A stretch of 37,539 nucleotides of DNA, from the NCBI GenBank assembly GCA_934869045.1, contig CAKXAF010000002.1:1-37539 (forward strand). Direction: 5' to 3'. Numbering within the stretch: the first letter of the stretch is position 1; every line of letters starts with the position of its first letter. The notes under the pieces are model-generated. The model did no database searches. It was given only the letters and a program-made list of their open reading frames with translations, and was not told where the DNA came from. Both the position numbers and the translations under genes were made by a program. This DNA comes from an uncultured Nitrososphaerota archaeon (GTDB taxonomy: Bacteria; Bacillota; Clostridia; Oscillospirales; Ruminococcaceae). This document shows positions 26,152 through 33,613 of this stretch, one piece after another.

Positions 26152-26690
26152 CCTCTCGAATTGGCTCTCTTTCTGCGTGCCGCGTTCAGCGCACGGTTCT
26201 GTGCAAAGATTTCCTTCTGGCTCATTTTCTTTTGAGGGCCGTTCTTTGCGTTGCAGACGTTAATCAGCGTCATAAGCCGGTTCAAATGCCACTTCTGGCA
26301 CTCAAAGGGGATCTGGTGGGAGAGCATCCAGTAGTAGATGATCTCCGCCGTGACGACCTCATTGGCCGACCGGCCCTTCCGGCCTTTGACAAAGGTGGTC
26401 GCCGTCATGGAATCGTCGATGTAAGCGTCGACCATTTTCAGCATCTGGGGCGTAATGGCGGTGTAGACATCGGGGTCCACGTTCTGGGTCAATGTCATGC
26501 ACCGGACATAGTCGATCCGCTCCTCCCGCGTCTTCGGCTTTCGGGAAAGGTAAGGCTTATGCCATTTTGATTCCCATTTTGAAAGGGAGACCAGAGAGTG
26601 TTCCAGCCGAAGCACCTGCTTCTTGGTCGTGATAAAACGGTCGTTCGCCTCGTCATACTGCTCGGTCTCCGGTATCACAAGTTCCAGCAT
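26148..26690 (-). CDS. Tail-module protein in the second chaperone (gpT-like) position, unknown function
   Basis: 180 aa with its own ATG 8 nt after GGGGAG. It contains LSKWESKWHKPYLS and has a basic C-terminal tail. Confidence 0.55.
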   Translation of the reverse strand: MLELVIPETEQYDEANDRFITTKKQVLRLEHSLVSLSKWESKWHKPYLSRKPKTREERIDYVRCMTLTQNVDPDVYTAITPQMLKMVDAYIDDSMTATTFVKGRKGRSANEVVTAEIIYYWMLSHQIPFECQKWHLNRLMTLINVCNAKNGPQKKMSQKEIFAQNRALNAARRKRANSRG

Positions 26691-26711
26691 CTCTGATCTC
26701 CCCAGTCAGCC

Positions 26712-27095
26712 TTATGCCCGAGGAGCCGGAGCCTTCTTGCCCTGGGGGACGATGCCGTTGATGAACCGGGCCGCCGCTTCCGCATCGGTGGCCAGCTCCA
26801 TGAACAGATCGCTGTACGCCTCCGTCTGGGCGAACGCGTCCCGCAGCTCCTGGTTCTTGATAAAGCGCTTCCCGTCAGGGGACTTCTCACCATAGGCCCG
26901 CAGAATGATGTCCTTGAAGATGGCGATGATCTGCTTCCCATCCTGGGCCGCGACAATGCGGTTGATCATCTCCACCAGACCGCCGTCCACGGAGAGCTCC
27001 AGCTCGGTCACCTCGGCCTGGGTCAGATTGAAGTAGAAATCCTCCGTGCGGGAAACGCCGTTATAGTCGTTGTAAGTCCTTGTCAGCTTCAGCAT
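26712..27095 (-). CDS. Tail assembly chaperone
   Basis: 127 aa, ATG 9 nt after AAGGAG, directly after the major tail gene. The sequence YNDYNGVSRTEDFYFNLTQAEVTELELSVDGGLVEMINRIV...AYGEKSPDGKRFIK resembles Gram-positive siphovirus chaperones. Confidence 0.65.
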   Translation of the reverse strand: MLKLTRTYNDYNGVSRTEDFYFNLTQAEVTELELSVDGGLVEMINRIVAAQDGKQIIAIFKDIILRAYGEKSPDGKRFIKNQELRDAFAQTEAYSDLFMELATDAEAAARFINGIVPQGKKAPAPRA

Positions 27096-27111
27096 TGCAG
27101 TTTTCTCCTTT

Positions 27112-27155
27112 CAAAAATAAAAGAAAGCGGAGCCCTCGGTGAAGAGAGCTCCGCC
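27112..27155 (-). terminator. Rho-independent terminator after the major tail protein gene
   Basis: The minus strand reads GCGGAGCTCTCttcaccGAGGGCTCCGC followed by TTTCTTTTATTTTT (hairpin 27127-27154). Confidence 0.75.
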
Positions 27156-27191
27156 TTGCGGATTCGTTGTCTGGATTTCAGTCCCCGTTTC

Positions 27192-28226
27192 TCAGGACTC
27201 CAGAGTCAGGCCGGTCAGAGTATAGATCTTGGTGACAGAGGAGCTGTCCTTGGTGGAGATTACCTTGACGCTCTGGGAATTGTTCTTGATGGGCAGAACA
27301 ATGTTCTTGTCCTCATCCAGAGCCACAGCCCCCTTGGTGCCGCCCACCAGCTCCACGGTGGTGGTGGCGTCGGCCGGAGCGACGTCAAATTTCAGCGCCA
27401 GATAGTGCCCCTTCTGCTCAGAGGGATCGCTGCTGAACCCGGTATAGCCGGTCACATTCTTCAGGCTGCCGGTGATGGCGCTCTCGCCCACTACGACGTT
27501 GCTCTGAAGTTCGGAGACCTTCTTGCCCAGCAGGGTGGCGGAGGGGCTCTCCGGGGCGACGGTCACTGTAACATCGTTCGCCAACAGCTTGATGACTTCC
27601 TCGGGCAGAGGCAGCCGGGGCTCCGTTTCCTCGGTGCCGTAGAGGATGTCCTCCAGCGCCTTCAGCTTGGCAGGGTCGGCCTTGGTGGAGGTGATGATCA
27701 GACGGGCAGTGGGCTTGAAGCCGGGTACGTCCACGGGAGTGGTCGTGACCTCCCAGCTGGGGTTGATGGGTTCAGGAGAGTCGTTGACAGTCTGATAGCC
27801 CCGCTCAGAGGGAGAGGCCAGACCGCCGTAGACCAGGTGCAGCTTATAGCCGTGGTCCTGACCGTCCACATCGTTGCCCAGCTTGGTGCGGTAGCTCAGG
27901 CCAAAGACCTTGCGGGTCTGCTGGCCGGCCATCACGCCGGGGGCGATCTCCGCGGAGCCGTCGCACTCCTCCCACTCGTCGGGGTAGGTGTAGCACTCAA
28001 TGGTCAAACCGAAGTCCTCGGCGCCCACCAGCACCAGGTACTTGATGTTGTCGGCGTACATGTTGTTGGGCTCGGCGCCGGAGGGGCTCTCGTTAATGGC
28101 GGTGATGCCGCTCCAGGCTATACCCCTGTCGTAGACGCCGGTGGCGCTGATGGGGTAGAGGACGGCGTGATCGATGCCGGTTTCGTAGAAACGTTCCCCG
28201 ATCTTGTCCCATACGAGTTTACTCAT
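27192..28226 (-). CDS. Major tail (tube) protein with a C-terminal Ig-like extension
   Basis: 344 aa. The N-terminus MSKLVWDKIGERFYETGIDHAVLYP...GIAWSGITAINESPSGAEPNNMYADNIKYLVLVGAEDFGLTIECYTYPDEW is typical of Gram-positive siphovirus major tail proteins. The terminator immediately downstream fits a highly expressed gene. Confidence 0.8.
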   Translation of the reverse strand: MSKLVWDKIGERFYETGIDHAVLYPISATGVYDRGIAWSGITAINESPSGAEPNNMYADNIKYLVLVGAEDFGLTIECYTYPDEWEECDGSAEIAPGVMAGQQTRKVFGLSYRTKLGNDVDGQDHGYKLHLVYGGLASPSERGYQTVNDSPEPINPSWEVTTTPVDVPGFKPTARLIITSTKADPAKLKALEDILYGTEETEPRLPLPEEVIKLLANDVTVTVAPESPSATLLGKKVSELQSNVVVGESAITGSLKNVTGYTGFSSDPSEQKGHYLALKFDVAPADATTTVELVGGTKGAVALDEDKNIVLPIKNNSQSVKVISTKDSSSVTKIYTLTGLTLES

Positions 28227-28242
28227 TTCGGATTTCCTCCTT

Positions 28243-28566
28243 TTAATAGTACAGGTTGAAGATGTCGTGGTTCAGATTGTCGGCCGTGAAATGACGGTCG
28301 TGGGCGCACATGGGCAGCATGGCAAGGCGGTGGGGCAGATCGCTGTCCGGGTTCTTGTAGATGGCCGTCACCTGATACCGGTCCAGCAGTCGGTAGGGGG
28401 CGTTGTCAGCGTGGATGGCGCTGATTTCGCTTCGCTCGTAGACGATGCAGGGGTACTGGATTTCCTTGCTGGCCGGAGGCTGAAAATAAGCCCGGCACGC
28501 ATCGCCGCGTTCCGGACAGCCAAGAATCCCGCACAGAAGGGTATGAAGTTGAATCCTGTCACCCAT
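28243..28566 (-). CDS. Head-tail connector / tail completion candidate
   Basis: The track ORF is trimmed to ATG 28566 (MGDRIQLHTLL...), which overlaps the upstream stop (ATGGGTGA). Length is 107 aa. The function is suggested only by its position between capsid and tube genes. Confidence 0.55.
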   Translation of the reverse strand: MGDRIQLHTLLCGILGCPERGDACRAYFQPPASKEIQYPCIVYERSEISAIHADNAPYRLLDRYQVTAIYKNPDSDLPHRLAMLPMCAHDRHFTADNLNHDIFNLYY

Positions 28567-28873
28567 TATAGAGCCCCCCAATCGTCAGGATCAGGCGGGG
28601 ATATCCCACTTCGACCTTGGAAATCTTCCATTTCGCGCCCATGTACGCCACATACCGCATCTTGTGGAAGTTCTTCCTGGCGAACGGATCGGCGACTATG
28701 CTGATCTCATTCGCGATATTGATGTCGTCGTTCAGGGTCTCCCCAGACTGAAGCTGGCGTGTATTCCGAGTCAAATCGCCATAGTACGGATACTCAACGA
28801 TCTTCTCTTCATACACGCCAGGGGCAGTCTCAACGGTATCAGCATAGCCTACCGATCCATAAAATTTCGCCAT
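28559..28873 (-). CDS. Conserved head-tail module protein
   Basis: 104 aa, MAKFYGSVGYADTVETAPGVYEEKIVEYPYYGDLTRNTRQLQSGETLNDDINIANEISIVADPFA...AKWKISKVEVGYPRLILTIGGLYNG. I recall a similar family immediately after capsid genes of Gram-positive siphoviruses. Confidence 0.6.
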   Translation of the reverse strand: MAKFYGSVGYADTVETAPGVYEEKIVEYPYYGDLTRNTRQLQSGETLNDDINIANEISIVADPFARKNFHKMRYVAYMGAKWKISKVEVGYPRLILTIGGLYNG

Positions 28874-28887
28874 TTTGAAGCTTCTCC

Positions 28888-30792
28888 TCAGGGAGTGCCG
28901 GCGCCGGAACCACCGCCGGAGCTGGCGGCCACAGGCTCCTCCAGCGCGATGGCGGAGTAGACGCGGGTCAGCGCGCCGGACAGGCGGGTCTCGATCAGGT
29001 ACTTCTGCTGGTTGAAGTCGATGTCGAACTGGTCAAACCGGGTGATCTCGCCCCCCTTGGTGGAGCCCACGGTATAGTCAGCCAGGTTGACAAAGAGGCC
29101 CAGCAGCTTGTGCTTGGTGCCCTCATCGTCCATACGGACCAGGCCCTCAAACTGCTCGGCAGTATAGAGCTCGCCGATGTTCAGGGCGGCGGCCAGGTCG
29201 GCCTTGGAGTTGTAGATGCGGCGGCCGTTCATGTCCCGGGCCAGCAGCATCACGTTCACCAGATGGGGCGTGCAGAAGAAATCGGGGGTGCCGGTGCCCT
29301 TGTACTTCTCCCGGGCATAGAGAGCGGCGGTGATGATGGCCTCGGAGTAGATGTAATTCTCGCCGAAGCTCATATCGGTCTTGCTGCCGTTGAGCTCGGC
29401 GCGGGCGGCCTCAATATCCACGTCGTAGTGGATGGTGTAGAGGTCGTTGTCGTTCCAGATGGAACGGATGTGGTCCTCGGAGATCTTCATCTCGTCGTCC
29501 GCTTCGCGGCCGTCGCCCACCATGATGGCGGTAGCCACCTCTTCGTTGAGGTTCTCCCGCATCACGGCATACTGGTACTCCACCACATCGAAATCAGTGA
29601 TGTCGACAATGTCGTCCCGGTGCAGGGCGTCGGTGCGGTACACCGTCTGAGGGTCAGTGGTCCGGGTGATGACGTTCATGTTGCCGGACAGAGTCTTGCG
29701 CTTGCCCTTCTGATAGCCGTGGGCCCGGATGGAGTCCTTGCGGGTGTCCATCTGGCGGGTACGAATGCGGCTGATGGGGCTCTTGTGGACCTTCTGCATG
29801 ACAGCAGTCACCCAGCCCTGGTCGCGGGTAACGCGCTCAGGCGCGCCGGGGCGCAGGTCCTTGAAGTCCGGGAACAGGCTCTCGATATTGTCGATGCCGT
29901 GCTTGAGCTCGTTCTGCTCAGCGTAGATCTTCAGAGCGGTCTGAAGGCTGCCCACGCTGTTGCTCTTGGCCAGAGCAAGAATGTCAGCGCGGTCGGAGTG
30001 GCTCAGAACGGTGTCCTGAGTGTCTTCGTTCTCGAAAACATTGTGCTTCATGGTCTTGTTTCCTCCCTTGGTTTTGTCAGATTTCTTGTCGGGGTCGTCG
30101 TCATCGTCGTCGCCCCCGTCCCCCTTGCCCTTCTGGGAATCCAATTCCTCCATGGCCGCGGCGATCAGGGCATACATGACCGTTCTCTGCTCCTCGGTCA
30201 TGCTGTCCACCACGTCCTGGACGGTCTTCTCATCCTCAGGCTTCTCCTCTTTTCCGTCGCCCTTGGGCTTGTCCTCCTTCTTGCCATCCTCAGAGCCGGC
30301 CTTGTGAACAAGAGGGGGTTTCTCGTCGGGGCGGAACAGGGAAATGGGCTCGTAAGCGGACAGGATCATCTCCTGCTCGCCGCCTTCGCCATGGGCCATA
30401 TCCACAAAGTCAATAAAGGCGCCGGGATTTGCCCCGGCGACCACCAGGCTGACCTCCCGGATGACGCCGTGCGTCACATCCTTGCTGGGGGTCTGCTTCA
30501 GCCCATTGGCGTAGATGGACAGGGACGCAATGTCCCCATGCTGGACCAGCATCTTGGCCGCCTTGCCGGCGTCGGTCTCGTTGAATGTGCAGTAGGCGTA
30601 AACGCCGTCCTTCCGGTTCTCCAAAAGGGCGTGGCCCAGGATGTTGCCAGGTTCGTCGTGCTGGTGGTTCCAAACCAGGGGAACCGTCTTCCCGTCGCAA
30701 TCCTCGAATGCGTTATGGCGGATGGTTCGTCCGTCCGCGCAGACAAGGTCGTTCCGGGTCGCCCAGCCACTAAAGTCATACTTCAGGTTCAT
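28888..30792 (-). CDS. Prohead protease (HK97/S78-type) fused to major capsid protein
   Basis: 634 aa. The N-terminus VPLVWNHQHDEPGNILGHALLENRKDGVYAY...HGDIASLSIYANG...VIREVSLVVAGANPGAFI is an S78 prohead protease pattern. Next comes a Lys/Asp/Glu-rich linker (..GKKEDKPKGDGKEEKPEDEK..GDGGDDDDDDPDKKSDKTKG..). The remaining ~380 aa are capsid-like. Confidence 0.75.
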   Translation of the reverse strand: MNLKYDFSGWATRNDLVCADGRTIRHNAFEDCDGKTVPLVWNHQHDEPGNILGHALLENRKDGVYAYCTFNETDAGKAAKMLVQHGDIASLSIYANGLKQTPSKDVTHGVIREVSLVVAGANPGAFIDFVDMAHGEGGEQEMILSAYEPISLFRPDEKPPLVHKAGSEDGKKEDKPKGDGKEEKPEDEKTVQDVVDSMTEEQRTVMYALIAAAMEELDSQKGKGDGGDDDDDDPDKKSDKTKGGNKTMKHNVFENEDTQDTVLSHSDRADILALAKSNSVGSLQTALKIYAEQNELKHGIDNIESLFPDFKDLRPGAPERVTRDQGWVTAVMQKVHKSPISRIRTRQMDTRKDSIRAHGYQKGKRKTLSGNMNVITRTTDPQTVYRTDALHRDDIVDITDFDVVEYQYAVMRENLNEEVATAIMVGDGREADDEMKISEDHIRSIWNDNDLYTIHYDVDIEAARAELNGSKTDMSFGENYIYSEAIITAALYAREKYKGTGTPDFFCTPHLVNVMLLARDMNGRRIYNSKADLAAALNIGELYTAEQFEGLVRMDDEGTKHKLLGLFVNLADYTVGSTKGGEITRFDQFDIDFNQQKYLIETRLSGALTRVYSAIALEEPVAASSGGGSGAGTP

Positions 30793-32032
30793 TTTGAACG
30801 TTTCCTCCTTCAGATGTTGATGGTGGCTGATTGCCCTCCTCTTTCGGGGCGCTTAGGTTGCTGTTTCGGAGCTCGTCCGCCTTGGGGTCCTTCGACGGCT
30901 TCATGCCGATCTTCTGCCGGATCTCATTGGAGGTCATGATCTCGTTGCGGGTCATCTTGTCGGCAATTTCGGCAATATCGTTGATGGGCACCAGCCGGAA
31001 CGGGTCTCTGAAGAAGAGGATCGACTGCTTCTGTGACCGAGCAGTTTTGGTGAGGAATTTCCTCTTCATTTCGTCAACAATGGCTGATAGGATCGGTTCA
31101 ATCGTCCGGTTGTCGTAATTCAGCTTCGTCCGGTCATCGGCAGTCCCGTCCAAAATCCCCTGCGTGATCCCCAACTGGCTGTAAAGCATGCTCGTCAGGT
31201 ATTCAATCTGGGACATCAGATTGTTGTCGATGGGCCGGTTCAGCTGGACCACATGCTCCGTGCCGTCGGTGTAAGCGACGCCGTACTTGGAGTCGGACAA
31301 CTGTTCCTCGATATCTTTACGGCGTTTTTCCGCCTGTTGACGCCTCGCTTCCGTCTTGATGACGTAGGGCAGCTGAATGATCAGGTTGAGTTTTCCGGAA
31401 CCGCTCTGCTCGTCGATTGCGTCCAAAATATTGAGCTTTCGGATCAACCGCTGCATGGTGGAGTTGGGCTCGTTCATCACCGCGAAAAACGGGTTCTCAA
31501 TGATGGCGACCCCGCTCTTCGGCAGGATGACATCCTGCTTCTCACCCCGGTTCTCGTTGTAGACCCGGACCTTGACGTGCTTGGGATACCACTCCACGAT
31601 TTTCCCGGTACGCATCGTTTCGATCTTGAACGAGCCGGTCTCCGGGTCGAGGTCGGTATCCGTGGGCACGATGGCCACGCATCCCTCGTCCAGCATGGAC
31701 ATGACCACGTCCTGGATAAAGGCTCGCCCGGTCTGGTCCAGATTCGCCTCCAGGGTCAGACAGCCGTTCAAACTTGAATTGATCACCTCTGTAAACCGGC
31801 CGTCGTCATCCAGGCGGACATGCTGAATCCCAATCGACGCCGCGTCCAGCGCGATCCGGTTGTAGACGGAGGTAATGATGGAGCGCTCGTTTCCCCGGCT
31901 GAAAATGGGCCGGTCCGGGCGGTAGGAGTAGCTGGGACCAAGGGAATAGCTGTACTTGAAAAACTCATTGCCTAAAAAAGCGTTCCAGGCGTGTTTCAGC
32001 CTGGAACCAACTGACATTTCCACTTTTCTCAC
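30776..32032 (-). CDS. Portal protein (by position and size)
   Basis: 418-aa ORF between terminase and protease-capsid, with its stop overlapping the capsid gene start by 17 nt. The start is ambiguous: GTG 32032 abuts the SD AGGAGG, GTG 32023 lies 8 nt after it, and ATG 32017 lies 14 nt after it. Confidence 0.65.
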   Translation of the reverse strand: MRKVEMSVGSRLKHAWNAFLGNEFFKYSYSLGPSYSYRPDRPIFSRGNERSIITSVYNRIALDAASIGIQHVRLDDDGRFTEVINSSLNGCLTLEANLDQTGRAFIQDVVMSMLDEGCVAIVPTDTDLDPETGSFKIETMRTGKIVEWYPKHVKVRVYNENRGEKQDVILPKSGVAIIENPFFAVMNEPNSTMQRLIRKLNILDAIDEQSGSGKLNLIIQLPYVIKTEARRQQAEKRRKDIEEQLSDSKYGVAYTDGTEHVVQLNRPIDNNLMSQIEYLTSMLYSQLGITQGILDGTADDRTKLNYDNRTIEPILSAIVDEMKRKFLTKTARSQKQSILFFRDPFRLVPINDIAEIADKMTRNEIMTSNEIRQKIGMKPSKDPKADELRNSNLSAPKEEGNQPPSTSEGGNVQNEPEV

Positions 32033-32035
32033 CTC

Positions 32036-32530
32036 CTACGACAGCAGATCGGCGTACATCTTCTTGAGCAGCTCGTCGTTCTGCTTCATCAAGGCCGCGA
32101 AGTCGTAAGCCGGAGGAGGCTTTGCCGCGGATGCCTGCTTTGTGGCCGAGGCAACGGTTTTTACCGTCTGCTGGACGCTGCTGCCCGGAGACGGCCCGGG
32201 AGTCCGAAGCTGGCTGACCGGCGTCGAGAAGACGGAGGCGCTCTTTTGAAGCTGCTCCACAGCCCGCTTTCCCTGCTCTGCCTTTGCGGCCAGCTCCGCC
32301 GCCTTTTTCGCCCCGTGCCGTTTTACCAGATAAGCGGTAAGAACGATTCCTGCGGCTGCCGCCGCTCCCACGGCCGCTTTTCCGGCTGCGGGCAGCTTCT
32401 TCCGCTCGGGTCCATCCTCACCGCCGTACCGTTTCCGGCCCTGGGGCGTCAAGCTTCCGTCCTTCTGCTGAAATCTCCGCACGCCCCACTTCATCCCACG
32501 GATGCCGTAGTGCTGCAAAACATCTGACAA
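32036..32530 (-). CDS. HYG-x-GMKWGVRR-motif protein D (one central TM segment)
   Basis: 164 aa with a TTG start 9 nt after TAGGAGG. The N-terminus is MSDVLQHYGIRGMKWGVRRFQQKDGSLTPQGRKRYG, and the hydrophobic segment is AAVGAAAAAGIVLTAYLV. Confidence 0.7.
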   Translation of the reverse strand: MSDVLQHYGIRGMKWGVRRFQQKDGSLTPQGRKRYGGEDGPERKKLPAAGKAAVGAAAAAGIVLTAYLVKRHGAKKAAELAAKAEQGKRAVEQLQKSASVFSTPVSQLRTPGPSPGSSVQQTVKTVASATKQASAAKPPPAYDFAALMKQNDELLKKMYADLLS

Positions 32531-32595
32531 TCGCGGTCACCTCCTATCTGTGATAAAATTTGTAACAACTGTCCCGTGTGTATCTAATTTAGGTC

Positions 32596-32631
32596 AAAAA
32601 AAAAACCACAGACCCGGTTAAGAGTCTGTGG
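32596..32631 (-). terminator. Rho-independent terminator (8-bp stem + T10) on the minus strand
   Basis: The minus strand reads CCACAGACtcttaaccggGTCTGTGG followed by TTTTTTTTTT (plus-strand A10 at 32596-32605). Confidence 0.75.
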
Positions 32632-32648
32632 TGAGGCGTTTCGCCGCT

Positions 32649-32677
32649 TTGACAGGGCGAATGCTGTGTAGTATAAT
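32649..32677 (+). promoter_or_regulatory. Consensus sigma-70/SigA-type promoter on the plus strand
   Basis: TTGACA (32649-32654), a 17-nt spacer, then TATAAT (32672-32677). Both hexamers are perfect consensus. It lies in a lower-GC 500-bp gap. Confidence 0.7.
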
Positions 32678-32690
32678 GCGGTAAAAAGTG

Positions 32691-32733
32691 GCCGCCAGTA
32701 ACGTTCGAGTGCAAGTCAGACATTACTGGCGGC
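32691..32733 (+). promoter_or_regulatory. 5' leader stem-loop of the moron transcript
   Basis: GCCGCCAGTAA (32691-32701) pairs perfectly with TTACTGGCGGC (32723-32733), giving an 11-bp stem and a 21-nt loop. It begins about 7 nt after the predicted transcription start. Confidence 0.5.
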
Positions 32734-32757
32734 GCAGTGGAAAGAAGGACGGAGAAT

Positions 32758-32910
32758 ATGAAACCCAATGAAAAGACAACAATCCTCGATCACAACACCC
32801 TATTCGATCTCGCCGTTAAATCCGCTTATGTCATAGCAAAAACATTGGATGAACGGTATGCCGATAGGGATCGGTCGGAAGTCACGCCGGTTATTCACTG
32901 GTATCATTGA
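32758..32910 (+). CDS. 50-aa moron ORF, unknown function
   Basis: Below the ORF-track size cut-off. Manual translation gives MKPNEKTTILDHNTLFDLAVKSAYVIAKTLDERYADRDRSEVTPVIHWYH*. GAAGGAcGGAG lies upstream of the ATG. It is flanked by the consensus promoter and a plus-strand terminator. Confidence 0.55.
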   Translation: MKPNEKTTILDHNTLFDLAVKSAYVIAKTLDERYADRDRSEVTPVIHWYH

Positions 32911-32922
32911 TTCCGATAGGAG

Positions 32923-32956
32923 GAGGGCGGCGCCATGCCGCTCTCTTTTCTTCTTT
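32923..32956 (+). terminator. Rho-independent terminator of the moron (plus strand)
   Basis: GAGGGCGGC-gccat-GCCGCTCTC (9 pairs including one G-U) is followed by TTTTCTTCTTT. Confidence 0.65.
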
Positions 32957-32961
32957 CCTGT

Positions 32962-32984
32962 AAAAACCGATGGTCGACCATCGG
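32962..32984 (-). terminator. Minus-strand terminator after motif protein C
   Basis: An 18-bp perfect palindrome CCGATGGTCGACCATCGG (32967-32984) is followed on the minus strand by TTTTT (32962-32966). It lies 50 nt after the stop at 33035. Confidence 0.6.
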
Positions 32985-33034
32985 AAATTACCAAATGTAG
33001 TCATAAGATCCGCAGGGCCCGGTTAAAAACTGCG

Positions 33035-33589
33035 TCAATGAGCATAGTACGCCCGCAGCTTTCTGTTCTCGCTGATGGCCTTTCCAGCGAGCAAAGCGTT
33101 CACGATTGTTCCGCCCACTGCGATAGCTGAGCCCGCAAGTTGTGCCGTCCGCTGGTCTTCCATCCCTTTGGATAAGAGTGAACTTACCGCATAGGAACCA
33201 ACTACTATGGCCGTTTCCGCTAAATAAGCAGTTCGGGTATTCCCGGTAATGGTCTTGCCGCGCTGATAAAGTTTCTTGCCTTCATCCGCTAACTTGTCGG
33301 TCTTCAGTTTACCATAGGCATCTTCCATCCGACGTTTTTCGGTTTTGACGGCCCGATTAGCGTCCTTGACCTGCTGCCGGGTAGCCTGCCCGGATTTATG
33401 GGCGGCTTTCGTTTCTACCGCTTTTGATTTGGCACGTTCATAGTCCGATTCGGCTTTGCGATAGCGCTCCAGTCCTTTTCGGGTATAGGAACCGTCATAG
33501 TTCTGATAACGCCTAACGCCCCATTTCATGCCTTTGATGCCGTAATGGGCAAGGCAATCCTGGGGAGAAGGTTTCTCATAGGGCTTCAT
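33035..33589 (-). CDS. HYG-x-GMKWGVRR-motif protein C (two C-terminal hydrophobic segments)
   Basis: Track ORF 33035-33619 begins at a TTG inside the A8G10 tract. ATG 33589, 6 nt after the G-run, is preferred. The motif reads LAHYGIKGMKWGVRRYQNYDGSYTRKGLERY, and the hydrophobic segments are TAIVVGSYAVSSLL and LAGSAIAVGGTIVNALLAG. Confidence 0.7.
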   Translation of the reverse strand: MKPYEKPSPQDCLAHYGIKGMKWGVRRYQNYDGSYTRKGLERYRKAESDYERAKSKAVETKAAHKSGQATRQQVKDANRAVKTEKRRMEDAYGKLKTDKLADEGKKLYQRGKTITGNTRTAYLAETAIVVGSYAVSSLLSKGMEDQRTAQLAGSAIAVGGTIVNALLAGKAISENRKLRAYYAH

Positions 33590-33595
33590 AAGTAT

Positions 33596-33613
33596 CCCCC
33601 CCCCCTTTTTTTT
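33596..33613. repeat. Homopolymer tract C10T8 (minus strand A8G10) at the terminase / protein C junction
   Basis: C x10 at 33596-33605 and T x8 at 33606-33613. The terminase TAA stop (33612-33614) overlaps the A-run. The G-run is the only SD-like element for ATG 33589. Confidence 0.9.

Noticed and set aside
26691-27095. Programmed -1 frameshift (lambda G/GT-type) joining the chaperone 26712-27095 to ORF 26148-26690.
   Set aside because: The two ORFs are in the same frame, separated by TAA and TGA stops. The second has its own SD and ATG. No X-XXY-YYZ slippery heptamer was seen near the 3' end of the first.
32800-32994. Minus-strand 64-aa ORF in the terL-portal gap.
   Set aside because: It is antisense to the promoter-driven 50-aa ORF and has no SD. 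It would lie downstream of the minus-strand terminator at 32962-32984. Its composition is not protein-like.
32935-33000. 21-codon mini-ORF (MPLSFLLSCKNRWSTIGNYQM) after an AGGAGG downstream of the 50-aa moron ORF.
   Set aside because: It coincides with the plus-strand terminator hairpin and U-tract and with the palindromic minus-strand terminator. The AGGAGG is part of the terminator stem.
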